A stretch of DNA of 64,000 nucleotides from Patescibacteria group bacterium (GCA_019752815.1 JAIELQ010000003.1:18722-82721); one strand, 5' to 3'; counted from the stretch's first letter, positions 36,165 through 46,516 are shown. Notes: generated from the sequence alone by a model not told the origin. Numbers and translations are program-made.

Positions 36165-38672
36165 TTATGGCTGTATATCAGTAGTAGGTGTTGATTCCGC
36201 TTCTTCCGTTCTGGCAGGAGTCGTATTTACCGGCGAGACTACTTCACTATCTGGAACCTCGTTGGTTGTCGTCACTTCATTTTGCGTGGTTGCGGCGGCT
36301 CCGTCTGAAATGTTTGTCTGTGGAGTTGTGGTAGCAGCTCCTGTAATACTGCCATCATTAATACCGTCGATAAATTCTGTCACGGCTGTGTTATCAGGAT
36401 TTAGTTCCCGTACCACCTCTAAATCTGCCAACGCAGCAGCCTTATCACCCTTAACAACATACTGCTGTGCTCGGAAGTAACGAGCATTGGCATAGGTGGT
36501 ATTTAACCTAATTGCCTCACTAAAGGCTGCGATAGCTGCATCAGCATTTGCTGTTGCGCTATAGAGCACACCGAGCTGGTAGTAACGGCCAGGATTATTT
36601 GGTTCAAGCGTTACCATCGCCTGGGTAGTAATGAGCGCACTTTCAATATCTCCGGCATTGATATCAATCTGCGTTAAGAAATTAAGCGCATCGGTGTAAT
36701 TTGGTTTTAACTGGAGCGATAACATCGCTAACCTGCGAGCTTCATCACTGTTTCCATCTCGACTTTCCATGTATGCTTTTTGTAGTACGTAGTATGGATT
36801 GCGAGGATCAAGAGCTTCGGCTCTGGCATAACTTTCAAAGGCTCGCTCTTTTGAACCTTCAATTTGCAAGAGTGTCAGTGACGCGTAGATATCCCCCAGC
36901 ACTTGCCAATTGCGCGCATCGGTTGGTTTTTGAGTTACTGCTTCAGTACTGGCATTAAGGGCGTTAGCTATTGAAGATTGAAATTGCTGCTCCTGCTCTG
37001 GAGTTGGATTTGTCAGTGAGAACAGGCTCGTCACATTGTTAAGCTGATAATTAGCTAACGTTCGTGCATACAAATCTGTTGGGTGAAGTTCGTAGGCGCT
37101 GGCAATCCGATTAGTTATCACAGCGACCGCTGCGCTATCGTTTGTAGTAACGCCTGAAAGCGCCGTACTGAATTGATAGGCAGCTTTAAATTGCTGCGCT
37201 GCACCGTACCCCACCAAAAGCGTGGCAATAATAAATGCCATAACAGAAGCAATGAGCACAAAACCAGTTCTACTGTTGCTCAAAAAGTTATACTTTCGAG
37301 TCGAGATTGGTGACAATTCATAACTAGCGAGCACCATAATTCCGGTGGTAACCGCACCAAGAATAAGAACTGTTGGACCAGGCACATACACAAATGCCAG
37401 CACCCAAATATACACTGAGGAAACAAATGAAACAGTACCAATAAAAAACCAAAATGTATCAGTGGCGGCATTTTGCAAAAGCATTCGCACTCCCCGAACT
37501 AAAAATAGTCCCATAAACACTAACCAAGCGAGACCTCCAGCGACACCACTTGTTATAAACCATGTTGGCACATACCCCGCAGCAGCATTAAATGATGTAT
37601 TCCAAAAAACTGTATTGTTAATTTCGACATCTTTGTACAAATTCCACACTTCAGCAAAACGATTTGGACCAGCTCCGAGCAGTGCATTCTCAGCATAGGT
37701 CTGTCTCATTACATCAAACGTTGCACTAAATGACGGTCTGATTTCGATATAGTTGATACCGGTTGCATTTGACCACCACGCACCTACACTACTCCCCGCA
37801 ACGAGGAATAATGCACATACAATACACACGGTGCCTACAAGCACACTTTGCGTGAGCAGCATCGGTCGTGGATGTACCAACGCGTCGTGTGGCACACCAA
37901 ATCGGTCTTTGGTGAGGATGTACATAAGAACCAATAAACTAAAGGCTCCAATTAATATCCAAAGGAAGAAGAAATTTACACTTACCAACACACCGAGGGC
38001 GAGCACTAAAATTCCTCCAATGATAAGCAGTCCCTTTTTAGGTAGTTCCAATTGGGCCAAGGCCACGAGAGAAACGAGTACCAGCAATCCTGCCAAAATA
38101 CCCAGGTCGTTAAAAGATCCTACTAAGGTATCGGTAACAGCCCGCATTACACCCAACGATAGGAACTCTGGACCAGCTATAATTCTTGCAAACAGCAGAA
38201 CCGCAGAGACAATGACACTGACCACTACCGATCCATACACAACGAGCACTGCTCGTTTGGAGGTACCAAGCGTCATCATCAGGCTCATTACCAAACCAAG
38301 CAATCCTAAAAAGCCAACGGTATGGATTTCGAGCGCATCACCAAAAAAAGCATTTCTGACATTAGGAGACAGCAGTGCGGAAACTGCGCTCACCGCCACG
38401 AGGAGCCACCAACTGAGTATCGGCAGTGACGGACGAAATGTCAGCGACCCGGTGCGGAGCACATGTAAACTAAAGAAAAAACCAGAAATAAGACAGAAAA
38501 AGATGAGAAGGAATGTCTTCGGGAACATCGATACTCCGGCTTGAGCAGGAATAAAGAATAACGGCACCAACATTACTCCTGCAATCAAACAAATCTGACT
38601 TGCTCGTCGCAAAAGTCTGCCGACACGATCTGGCTTATTCGGTAACTTTGGTACAAATGTCGCTGTCTCCAT
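36165..38672 (-). CDS. large polytopic membrane protein (O-antigen-ligase/Wzy_C-like, ~12 TM) with C-terminal TPR repeats and a Thr/Ser-rich tail
   Basis: Multi-TM N-terminal 480 aa. TPR-like repeats in 560-760 (AIAAFSEAIRLNTTYANARYF..). The TTTPQTNISDGAAATTQNEVTTTNE tail suggests extracellular glycosylation. Confidence 0.5.
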   Translation of the reverse strand: METATFVPKLPNKPDRVGRLLRRASQICLIAGVMLVPLFFIPAQAGVSMFPKTFLLIFFCLISGFFFSLHVLRTGSLTFRPSLPILSWWLLVAVSAVSALLSPNVRNAFFGDALEIHTVGFLGLLGLVMSLMMTLGTSKRAVLVVYGSVVVSVIVSAVLLFARIIAGPEFLSLGVMRAVTDTLVGSFNDLGILAGLLVLVSLVALAQLELPKKGLLIIGGILVLALGVLVSVNFFFLWILIGAFSLLVLMYILTKDRFGVPHDALVHPRPMLLTQSVLVGTVCIVCALFLVAGSSVGAWWSNATGINYIEIRPSFSATFDVMRQTYAENALLGAGPNRFAEVWNLYKDVEINNTVFWNTSFNAAAGYVPTWFITSGVAGGLAWLVFMGLFLVRGVRMLLQNAATDTFWFFIGTVSFVSSVYIWVLAFVYVPGPTVLILGAVTTGIMVLASYELSPISTRKYNFLSNSRTGFVLIASVMAFIIATLLVGYGAAQQFKAAYQFSTALSGVTTNDSAAVAVITNRIASAYELHPTDLYARTLANYQLNNVTSLFSLTNPTPEQEQQFQSSIANALNASTEAVTQKPTDARNWQVLGDIYASLTLLQIEGSKERAFESYARAEALDPRNPYYVLQKAYMESRDGNSDEARRLAMLSLQLKPNYTDALNFLTQIDINAGDIESALITTQAMVTLEPNNPGRYYQLGVLYSATANADAAIAAFSEAIRLNTTYANARYFRAQQYVVKGDKAAALADLEVVRELNPDNTAVTEFIDGINDGSITGAATTTPQTNISDGAAATTQNEVTTTNEVPDSEVVSPVNTTPARTEEAESTPTTDIQP

Positions 38673-38820
38673 AATAATATAAATAAAAAATAATCTCTTA
38701 CAGATAAATATACCACATGGCGACCCTGTTCAAACAGAAAACACACATGAAATGACTACAAAACTGACTTAGCATGGAACAATTGTGTTGTAATTACACA
38801 TGAATTGAACGCAACAAAAA

Positions 38821-38849
38821 CCACCAGTCGTTAAGACTGGTGGTTTTTT
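38821..38849. terminator. bidirectional terminator (aaaaaCCACCAGTCgttaaGACTGGTGGtttttt), the 3' end of rnpB
   Basis: Hairpin with A and T tracts. Confidence 0.65.
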
Positions 38850-38851
38850 GC

Positions 38852-39232
38852 ATATAAGCCGGATTCTGTCACAAAACTTTCGTTTTGCGGATAATCATAT
38901 ACCTAGGATGACTGTTACCAGCCACCTCATGCGGCTCTCAGTCGAGGGCAAAAATCACAATAGCTTGTAATTTCAGCCCTCGACTGCGCGGCCTTGCACA
39001 CGGGTAAGAGTTTAGCCGTTTCACCCTTATAGTTACCTATAAGGCTATTCCTCAGAATAAACCGGGGAATTCCGTCACTTTCGCTCGGGACGTCTCTGCT
39101 CGCATCTCGTGAATCAAAATCTTGCGACTCTGATTCAGACGGGCGTTACCCGCTACCTGGCTCCACAAGCTTGCGCCCATGGGTGTGTCCGGACTTTCCT
39201 CCCCCGTTTATACAAACAGAGGCGATTACCAT
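38852..39232 (-). ncRNA. rnpB: RNase P RNA, bacterial type A
   Basis: Minus strand carries GGGGGAGGAAAGUCCGGACAC (P4 5' strand), GCCAGGUAGCGGGUAACGCC, AGGGUGAAACGG and 3' ACAGAAUCCGGCUUAUAUGC. Length ~380 nt. Confidence 0.85.
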
Positions 39233-39237
39233 GCACT

Positions 39238-39266
39238 TATAATTATACAATAGATAAGATATTTAT
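39238..39266 (-). promoter_or_regulatory. sigma70 promoter for rnpB (TTGATA-17-TATAAT on minus)
   Basis: Reverse-complement gcTTGATAaatatcttatctattgTATAATtat. The -10 hexamer ends about 7 nt before the RNA start. Confidence 0.6.
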
Positions 39267-39273
39267 CAAGCTT

Positions 39274-39819
39274 CTACCGGGCACGCTCTAAGGGGTCAAT
39301 ATTTGCAATTGTTCCCATACTAATATTATTCTCCGCCGCAAACCCCGCTTTAGTTTCAATAACGTATTTTGCAGGGACTGGTGGTATAAATGATATTTCT
39401 GGATAGGTATCTGGAGAAGCATTTTCGATGACATGAACTACATACCCATTTTCATCAAGCCAGAAAATATCAATGGGATAATTCATATCTTTCATCCAAA
39501 AACTCCATTTCTCGGATGTGTCAAAAATAAACACCTTGGCAATACCAATTGGAATATAAGGCGTACCAGAGAGTCCCTGAGCTCGCTCCGCATCGGTATC
39601 AGCGATTGAGGCCTGCATGGAAATACGTCCAAACGTGAACGGGGTTAGTGGTGCATACCAATCGGCGATAACTTTTTCTTCATCTGTCATAGAATCGTTG
39701 TTACTAGCTTGCGGAGTCCGGGTATCAACCACAGGCACTGACGTTTGATTTTTTTCTAACACAAACAGACCGCCCGCTACCAAAACTAACACCGCAAGGA
39801 TACCAATTGGAACTTTCAT
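39274..39819 (-). CDS. DUF192 domain protein (start set at MKVPIGILAV)
   Basis: SFWMKDMNYPIDIFWLDENGYVV matches the DUF192 (COG1430) core. N-terminal signal anchor. Confidence 0.6.
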   Translation of the reverse strand: MKVPIGILAVLVLVAGGLFVLEKNQTSVPVVDTRTPQASNNDSMTDEEKVIADWYAPLTPFTFGRISMQASIADTDAERAQGLSGTPYIPIGIAKVFIFDTSEKWSFWMKDMNYPIDIFWLDENGYVVHVIENASPDTYPEISFIPPVPAKYVIETKAGFAAENNISMGTIANIDPLERAR

Positions 39820-39824
39820 GTTTT

Positions 39825-40247
39825 CTACTGAAACCACAGATATGCGTAAACAGTGACTGCAGATACTGAAGCTCCCAAGATTGTACCCCATACCATATCA
39901 ACAATAGTGACTGTAAGTGGCCAGTCCTTTAGTGTCGCCAGGTTAGTTAAATCATAGGTGGCGTAGGTAAAGAAACCAAATAGACCTCCCAAGATTACCG
40001 CCGTCAGGACAGAGTTTTTCAAAACTGCGGGATACATCGCAAAAAAAGTGAGCCCCACTAAAAAGACCAGATAAAAAATTATTGCCGCCGGCCAGTTAAT
40101 CGGACCCATAAGGTGTCCAATTTGCTCTTTATAAAAGTTACTCGCGACCAACCCTAACCAAATCATATCAATCACAAAAAATACCGGCACACTCATCGCG
40201 TACAACGTCAGAAATGTTTGTATGTTCATATGCTCACTAGTATACAC
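39825..40247 (-). CDS. DUF2177-family small membrane protein
   Basis: 4-TM 140-aa protein resembling the DUF2177 architecture. Confidence 0.45.
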   Translation of the reverse strand: MYTSEHMNIQTFLTLYAMSVPVFFVIDMIWLGLVASNFYKEQIGHLMGPINWPAAIIFYLVFLVGLTFFAMYPAVLKNSVLTAVILGGLFGFFTYATYDLTNLATLKDWPLTVTIVDMVWGTILGASVSAVTVYAYLWFQ

Positions 40248-40421
40248 CCAAACAAAACAAAGGTAGTCTATACCCGCTTTTGTGTTTTATACGTCCGTCT
40301 TTGCGAGCTTGCGAAGCAATCCAGGTTCGAAGTGACAACATTTGTTGTATTAAATAAATACTGGATTGCCACGTCATTCCGCTCCACTTCATGACTCGCA
40401 AAGACGAACTTCTTAGTATAT

Positions 40422-41297
40422 CTACTTGTTCTTGATTGATTCGAGCATTGCTGCCATATTTGCGTAATCTTTATTTGAACCCGCATCAATAATAATCGTA
40501 TTGCCGTGGCTGGCTGCACTCGTAATCGTATCGAGTCGATTAGTATCAGTCAGAAACTGAATGGCAACTTCATTTGTTAATCCAGCTTTTTTCATGGTCT
40601 CCATCGCTTCTTCGAGTCCACGCGCAATCGCGGTTCGCATCTGGGCCATACCTTCTCCTTGCAACTTCTTACTTTCGGCTTCGGCTTGGGCTGCCCCTAC
40701 CAATTTAATACGTGCCGCCTCGGCTTCATTACGTGCTGCCTCCATGAGACGCTTACTCGCAATTACCTGGTTAAAGGCATCACGAACTTCAGTACTTGGC
40801 TGCGGTTCATCTACCAGCACATTTTCAATAATGTACCCAAAATGAGTAAATTGCTCTGAGAGTGCCGTTTGTACTTGTGACTCTACCGCATCACGATTGG
40901 CGTACAATTCAGTCATTTCCATTCCGGATGCTGTTTGACGGACATTATTTAAAACATACGAGGTAATTTGTTTCTCTGGCGACTCGAGTTCGTAGTGAGC
41001 TTTAACAGCACCTTTCGCATCATCACTGGCTTTATACTGCACTTTTACCGGCAACATCATAAACGCATTATCACTCGTTTTTACCGAAACATCAGCATGA
41101 ATTTCTTGCAGTTGCAGATTCACGCGTGACACAATCACCGTAATAGGCCACGGCAACTTAACATGAAGTCCCGGAAAGACGGCATGAGTATGGGGGCGTC
41201 CAAATGTTTCCAAAATAGCCGCCGTCTTCCCTTTCACGACATACAACATTGACGGCAAAAGGACAACAGCGAGCACGATGACAATAATCCAGAACAT
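40422..41297 (-). CDS. SPFH/band-7 (stomatin/HflKC-like) membrane protein
   Basis: N-terminal TM. SPFH core. C-terminal coiled coil (EAARNEAEAARIKLVGAAQAEAESKK). Confidence 0.75.
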   Translation of the reverse strand: MFWIIVIVLAVVLLPSMLYVVKGKTAAILETFGRPHTHAVFPGLHVKLPWPITVIVSRVNLQLQEIHADVSVKTSDNAFMMLPVKVQYKASDDAKGAVKAHYELESPEKQITSYVLNNVRQTASGMEMTELYANRDAVESQVQTALSEQFTHFGYIIENVLVDEPQPSTEVRDAFNQVIASKRLMEAARNEAEAARIKLVGAAQAEAESKKLQGEGMAQMRTAIARGLEEAMETMKKAGLTNEVAIQFLTDTNRLDTITSAASHGNTIIIDAGSNKDYANMAAMLESIKNK

Positions 41298-41366
41298 AGA
41301 TATATAATTAATGAGTATGTATCTAGTATATCAAAATACACAACCAAAAGAAAAAGCGGACTGGTG

Positions 41367-42311
41367 CTACACCAGTCCGCTTTGCAGTAATGTTCTCATT
41401 GTCCAGTATCCAGAACGAATAAGGTTTCGTGACTGATCCTGGGAAACAAAAATTGGGTGGTACGCTTGTGGAAGCCACACAATACACACTCGCACCCCTC
41501 CCACTTCATCGGGATTTATAACTCGGTTGGCTTCAGCCATAAACCGCTGATGCCTCGTTTTAATGAGCTCTTGCATCGGTTTACTCGCATGAGCAATTCG
41601 CGTTTTATACAAAAGCATTTCTGACCAAGGAGCGAGTTTTGGTTTCTCCTCGTAGTGCTGGGCAGCGAAAACGAGAACATCAGTTACGTGCCGTTCAAGC
41701 CGGAGCAGCTCGCGCACAGGTAATTGTAGACTGCTCGCATACCCATCAGTCACGAGACGTCCACGAAACATTGTGGGTCGTGCAAAACCTGTCACTGCTG
41801 TAGCAATACTTGCTAATTCCCATACTTCATGGGCATTTGCCGGCAATTCCGTCCACCCTTCACCAGTCAATGGGTCTGCCAAGACACCGTAGAGACGGGT
41901 ATCATGCCGCATGACCGCGTCAGCATTAATGGCTCGTCCAGTTTCGCCATGTCTAAATACCCGATCAACATAATCAACATCAAACGGATGTCGACCAATA
42001 AAGCGACGCCTGAGATCAAACATCCGTTTGTCGGTCATATCATCAGAAAAAACTCTGACGTCTGTAGATTTACCACCACCCAAATAATACGCACTCGTCG
42101 CAAAGCCACTTGAAACACCGATCGTTGCGACGCTCGACCTCAGCCGCTTACGAATTTGACGTAGGTAAATGTGTGCGCCAGCAAGAAACGAATTACGCAC
42201 CCCTCCCGCACAACACACTACTCCGAGTCGCCGATCCTTATCAAAGAACGCCTGCAGGACGTCTTGATCACCCGTAGTAAAACCGAGTTCCATAATGCCC
42301 TCCATTTTCAA
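41367..42311 (-). CDS. patatin-like phospholipase
   Basis: Oxyanion CCAGGVRNSFLAG (GGxR). Nucleophile elbow GVSSG (GxSxG). Catalytic Asp in TDGY. Confidence 0.6.
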   Translation of the reverse strand: MKMEGIMELGFTTGDQDVLQAFFDKDRRLGVVCCAGGVRNSFLAGAHIYLRQIRKRLRSSVATIGVSSGFATSAYYLGGGKSTDVRVFSDDMTDKRMFDLRRRFIGRHPFDVDYVDRVFRHGETGRAINADAVMRHDTRLYGVLADPLTGEGWTELPANAHEVWELASIATAVTGFARPTMFRGRLVTDGYASSLQLPVRELLRLERHVTDVLVFAAQHYEEKPKLAPWSEMLLYKTRIAHASKPMQELIKTRHQRFMAEANRVINPDEVGGVRVCIVWLPQAYHPIFVSQDQSRNLIRSGYWTMRTLLQSGLV

Positions 42312-42355
42312 ACTGGGGCGATTATGACAAATCAGTCCTAAAAAGCAAGTATTAA

Positions 42356-43204
42356 TTATTGTACCGGCGCGATATCATGTAATGCTTCATCAGCATGATG
42401 ACCCTCCTCCTCATGATGATCTTCCGCACCATGGCTATGACTTTCACCTAGTGCGTTGGCAATAGTCGCCATAAGCAAAAGTCCAATGGCAACAAACAAC
42501 ACGTGCTGTAGAAACTTGTTTGTTGATTCATGTTCCGTTCGTTTAGGAAGCAGATCATGTACCACTACGTGAATAAAAAATCCGGCCGCAATTGCAAGCA
42601 ACAATCCTTCCAGTTCGTGTGACACCACTGCAAAGTAACTTATTCCCACACCCACCAAAATAGTGCTCGAGGTCAGGAAATTGAGCGTGAGTGCGTGCTT
42701 GGTACTGTAGCCCGCTTGTTTGAGAACAAAAAACTCAGAGATTTCCTGTAATGTCTCATGAATAATGAGTGACGCAGTAACTGCTAGTCCTAACGCTGGT
42801 GAAGCCAAAAATGCCGGCACCAATATAATTCCGTCACCGATATTGTGAATCGCATCCCCGACGAGCAACTTACGTGCTCCGGCCTTGTTGTGACTATGTC
42901 CATCATGTTCATGGGGATCATGATGGTGATGTGATTCTGGTATCACTTTTTCAACGAACCACGCGAGTAAATATCCCGATAAAATAAGTCCGATACCTTG
43001 CCACACATTCCCTGCAAAAATTTCAAACACTTCAAGTGCCAATGCTCCCGACGTGACTAGAAACACCCCAGCCGAAAATGAGACCAAAAATGATAACCGA
43101 CTCGATAAAAACTCCCGCGCCACCTTGGCAGTAAATAGCACCCCGATGAGTGATACCGCCATAATACAAAACGCCGCCACTACAATTTCAAATATCATAT
43201 ACAA
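42356..43204 (-). CDS. ZIP-family (ZupT-like) divalent metal transporter
   Basis: 8-TM profile. His-rich loop HHHHDPHEHDGHSHN. HNIGDGI signature. Confidence 0.75.
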   Translation of the reverse strand: MYMIFEIVVAAFCIMAVSLIGVLFTAKVAREFLSSRLSFLVSFSAGVFLVTSGALALEVFEIFAGNVWQGIGLILSGYLLAWFVEKVIPESHHHHDPHEHDGHSHNKAGARKLLVGDAIHNIGDGIILVPAFLASPALGLAVTASLIIHETLQEISEFFVLKQAGYSTKHALTLNFLTSSTILVGVGISYFAVVSHELEGLLLAIAAGFFIHVVVHDLLPKRTEHESTNKFLQHVLFVAIGLLLMATIANALGESHSHGAEDHHEEEGHHADEALHDIAPVQ

Positions 43205-43313
43205 ATGATTACAAATTATTATTGAATACTATATCTTTCACGCTATACAACTACTCTATACTCTCATCTTTACTTTTGCAAGTGAGTTGCATATATTATG
43301 AGAGTTTGGTAAT

Positions 43314-44180
43314 ATGCAACTTAATTGCATTATGATATTAGGTGTTTTAGGCAAAGGCGGGAGTGGTAAATCGACAGTAGCGACAGCACTCGTGAACTAT
43401 TTGCGTGCGCAAAACAAATCTCTGCTTGCTATAGATGCTGACCATAATATGGACCTCAGTCACAACTTAACCACCGGTATCGATACTTCCCCACAAACAT
43501 ACCTCGGGAGCGGACTGACTGACTTGTACGACTATTTAGGAATCGCACCTGGAGTTAAATATGATATGGCATTTCTCAGTGGTATCTCTAAAGCCTTCTC
43601 CCTAACTCCACTTGATTCATTTTCCGAAAAATACTCACTACCACTCGACACAACTACGCACCTGATGACAGCAGGTCCACAAACAGATGCTGTCCTCCAC
43701 GGCAAAACATGTAGTCATATTCTCACGACACCACTAAAGCTTTTTTTACCGTTACTTACGCTACAGCCCGACGAATATGTTGTAGTCGATGAAAAAGCTG
43801 GAGCTGATGGTGTCACCACCGGCATTGTTACTGGCATTGATGTCGGAATCATTGTTGTGGAACCAGCTCTCCATAGCATCAAAACAGCCAAACAAATTGC
43901 CGAGCTCATGGACTTTTACCAAACACCATATGTGTTTGTTGGTAATAAAATACTGAGCTCTGAAGATCAGGAATATCTTGCTCAAGAACTAAACCAGGCA
44001 CCAATCGTGTACCTAGGACAAAATCGTGACATCCAAAAAGGCCACAGTGATTTTGCAATAACATGGCAAACGGAACTGTCGATGATAATAAAAACTGCTA
44101 CTACCATAAATATGAACAACCGCACAGAACGCACCAAAATCAAATTTGCCCGCAACCTATCATTTAGCTCAGCTCACTAA
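43314..44180 (+). CDS. MinD/ParA/CooC-family deviant Walker-A ATPase (likely starts at MILGVLGKGG, 43332)
   Basis: GKGGSGKST deviant Walker A. DADHN. Potential metal-binding TCSH. Walker B DEKAGADG. Confidence 0.6.
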   Translation: MQLNCIMILGVLGKGGSGKSTVATALVNYLRAQNKSLLAIDADHNMDLSHNLTTGIDTSPQTYLGSGLTDLYDYLGIAPGVKYDMAFLSGISKAFSLTPLDSFSEKYSLPLDTTTHLMTAGPQTDAVLHGKTCSHILTTPLKLFLPLLTLQPDEYVVVDEKAGADGVTTGIVTGIDVGIIVVEPALHSIKTAKQIAELMDFYQTPYVFVGNKILSSEDQEYLAQELNQAPIVYLGQNRDIQKGHSDFAITWQTELSMIIKTATTINMNNRTERTKIKFARNLSFSSAH

Positions 44181-44271
44181 TCGTTAGTAGTTATTTCCCG
44201 TGACACTACTCACGTGAAATAACTGGAAATGATTCCAGTGATATGTTCTTTAACAGAAAGGTCAAACCCCG

Positions 44272-45066
44272 ATGTGTGAAGTCTGTGATTTCAACCACAA
44301 ACTGCAACCCGCAACCAAGGAAGATGCAGCGCTCGATGATACGGGTGCACGTACCATTTGGGGACACTACTCCCCATCCGATGCTGCTATCCTGGCAGAA
44401 CACTACCCTCGGGTGGGAGAAGCTCTGATCACGGAAATCAGCCAGCAAATCAATCACCCCAGACTACTGGAAGTTGCTGGTGTAGCTGAAATGGTTGAAC
44501 GGTACCTTGAAGGTTCGTTTTCGACCATTCGCGATCTGACCATCAAGCTGGCTGCCAATCCGCTGTCGATTCTCTACTGGAATGGTGCTGGCGTTCGTCG
44601 GGTCAAAACCTTCGAAACTGAAATGCTACACGGACCAATGGAGAAACTGGCCCTGCGTGCTGGTAGCGTACTCAAGATCAATCGCTTGCTCGATAATCGT
44701 CACGGCATGCAACTGACGTTCGGCTGCAGTTGCTGTGTGATTGCAGTGGCAACGAACGACCTCGATACACTTCACGAATCGTCTTACTACAACCTGCGTG
44801 AAGGGTTTGGACGACTGTATGATTCAGACGTGTTGACTGCCTCGGGACAGCTCTTTGACGGCGTATCAGTGGCTGATGTGCCGTCGCAAATACTGCAAAA
44901 AACAGCTGACTTCCACGACACTGAAGTCACCAGTTTTCTCAGATTTGCCCAGGCCTGCCGCGACACGCAACAGCGTAATCGGGTACATCCTGACCAACAG
45001 TCAGCTCTGCCGGAACTGAGTCAATTTCTGACCGGGCAAACCGTGACCACCACAAAGGCTGCGTAA
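44272..45066 (+). CDS. hypothetical Cys-rich protein, GC-rich (CEVCDF...GCSCC motifs)
   Basis: ORF with clearly elevated GC. Lies between the CooC-like ATPase and the Fur-family gene. No recognised family. Confidence 0.4.
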   Translation: MCEVCDFNHKLQPATKEDAALDDTGARTIWGHYSPSDAAILAEHYPRVGEALITEISQQINHPRLLEVAGVAEMVERYLEGSFSTIRDLTIKLAANPLSILYWNGAGVRRVKTFETEMLHGPMEKLALRAGSVLKINRLLDNRHGMQLTFGCSCCVIAVATNDLDTLHESSYYNLREGFGRLYDSDVLTASGQLFDGVSVADVPSQILQKTADFHDTEVTSFLRFAQACRDTQQRNRVHPDQQSALPELSQFLTGQTVTTTKAA

Positions 45067-45115
45067 AATCCAACAATCCGTCCCTCACCATGCATGGTAG
45101 GGGGCGGATTTTTAT

Positions 45116-45511
45116 TTGCAGATTTATCAAAAGTATTGTTTACTACATACACTACATATGCGTCTCACGAAACACCGAAAAGAAATCATCGACACGTTGA
45201 AAAAAAGTCATGGCACTTTGTCCGCGAACGATTTACATAAACTCCTCCCCACTATCGACCAGGTGACTATTTACCGTAACCTCGATTTGTTTGTAGCCGA
45301 AGGAATTATTAAAAAACTTCACCTCGACGGGAACGAAGCCCGATTTGAGTACCAAGCCCACCCCCACCACCACGCTATCTGCAATGACTGCGACCGGGTC
45401 ATTCACTTTAATGCGACCGAAGAAAAGCTCCGCCAAGTCCTCAACATCCCCGATTTTGACATCACCTCAATTGATTTAGTAGTCCGAGGAAACTGCCACC
45501 ACAAAAAATAG
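45116..45511 (+). CDS. Fur-family metalloregulator (possibly Zur)
   Basis: wHTH TIYRNLDLFVAEGII. HHHAICNDCDRVIHF metal site. C-terminal CHH. Confidence 0.8.
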   Translation: MQIYQKYCLLHTLHMRLTKHRKEIIDTLKKSHGTLSANDLHKLLPTIDQVTIYRNLDLFVAEGIIKKLHLDGNEARFEYQAHPHHHAICNDCDRVIHFNATEEKLRQVLNIPDFDITSIDLVVRGNCHHKK

Positions 45512-45612
45512 CTCTGCAGATCGTCTGGAACTATATTATAACTGTTTACTATATAAATGCGGCGCCATCCAAAAAAGCGGGACAATCAATCAGAGTTGTT
45601 TTGGTCTTAATT

Positions 45613-45864
45613 TTACGAACTAGCTTCTTGTTCCATTTTTAATAATCGTGTGTAGTAATCTGGAATTTCCATGAGATGTGCCCAAGCAATTTTAGCCGTA
45701 ACTTCGTCCAAGTCATTGGTGACATTAGTTTCTTCATGAGTTGTCCCGTGCTCCAACTCGACAGACAAACCTTTCCTAAATTCTTCCAAGTTAATAACTG
45801 AGAAATCTATTCCAATTCTTTCGCCCAACACCTGAGCTTCTTGTGGACTAAATTCTTTTTTCAT
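45613..45864 (-). CDS. hypothetical small protein (DUF5661-like)
   Basis: EHGTTHEETNVTNDLDEVTAKIAWAHLMEIPDYYTRL. The family assignment is from memory and low confidence. Confidence 0.35.
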   Translation of the reverse strand: MKKEFSPQEAQVLGERIGIDFSVINLEEFRKGLSVELEHGTTHEETNVTNDLDEVTAKIAWAHLMEIPDYYTRLLKMEQEASS

Positions 45865-45931
45865 ATATTCAAAGTATAGCAGGATATATTCTTTAAGCGC
45901 GAGTGGGCTGACCGGGACAATGTAAGAACTT

Positions 45932-46516
45932 TTACTGCACTATAACTCGCCACTCCCAATCCTTTAGATAGACCGTTTCTAGTTCTGGCTCTGTGTTCAT
46001 CAAAAGTTCTAACGCTTCTGGGTTTGGAGGTAAATCTTTACTCTCATAATGACATACTACTTTTAACGGTAAAAGACCTAACCCCTGGCGGACTTTACCA
46101 CCAGATTCATCATCATGGAAAGCACTGTACTTTCCAATTACATATGCACCTGCTGAAGATCCAGCAACTGTCTTACCCCCTAACAACTCTTTGAAATTAA
46201 CATACTGACCTAAAACAGAAAGGAGTTTTGGTGTACTGCCTCCTCGAAGGTAAAGCGCGTCTGACAATTTGAGCTGGTCAATAAAACTGTTTTCTTCAGC
46301 TTCTATAAAGTTGAACTGCTTACCGTGTGATTGTTGTTTAATTCTCTTACTATCTTCAACAAATCTACCAGAATTATCATCGTCTTTTGATGCAAAGTAA
46401 CAAAGTAGTATTTTTCCATGATCTGGAACATCACGAGCTATTTCTTGGTAAAAAGTGTGATTGAGTTTGTTATCAGCACTTGTATACCCACCATGTAGTA
46501 TGTATTTAGTAGTCAT
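45932..46516 (-). CDS. peptidase E / S51-family (type-1 glutamine-amidotransferase-like) protein
   Basis: LYLRGGSTPKLL and nucleophile GSSAGAYV motifs. Confidence 0.65.
   Translation of the reverse strand: MTTKYILHGGYTSADNKLNHTFYQEIARDVPDHGKILLCYFASKDDDNSGRFVEDSKRIKQQSHGKQFNFIEAEENSFIDQLKLSDALYLRGGSTPKLLSVLGQYVNFKELLGGKTVAGSSAGAYVIGKYSAFHDDESGGKVRQGLGLLPLKVVCHYESKDLPPNPEALELLMNTEPELETVYLKDWEWRVIVQ

Noticed and set aside
36262-38544. Several plus-strand ORFs (72-263 aa) inside 36165-38672
   Set aside because: They are antisense to the large TPR/membrane protein gene, are Ser/Thr/Pro-rich and low complexity, and have no start context.
39109-39291. 60-aa plus-strand ORF
   Set aside because: It lies entirely within the minus-strand RNase P RNA gene (P4 and 5' region) and its promoter, so it is an artefact.
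43205-43313. Zur box in the ZIP-transporter / CooC-like divergent promoter
   Set aside because: aaatgattacaaattattatt is AT-rich with only weak dyad symmetry. This is not enough to call without a PWM scan.
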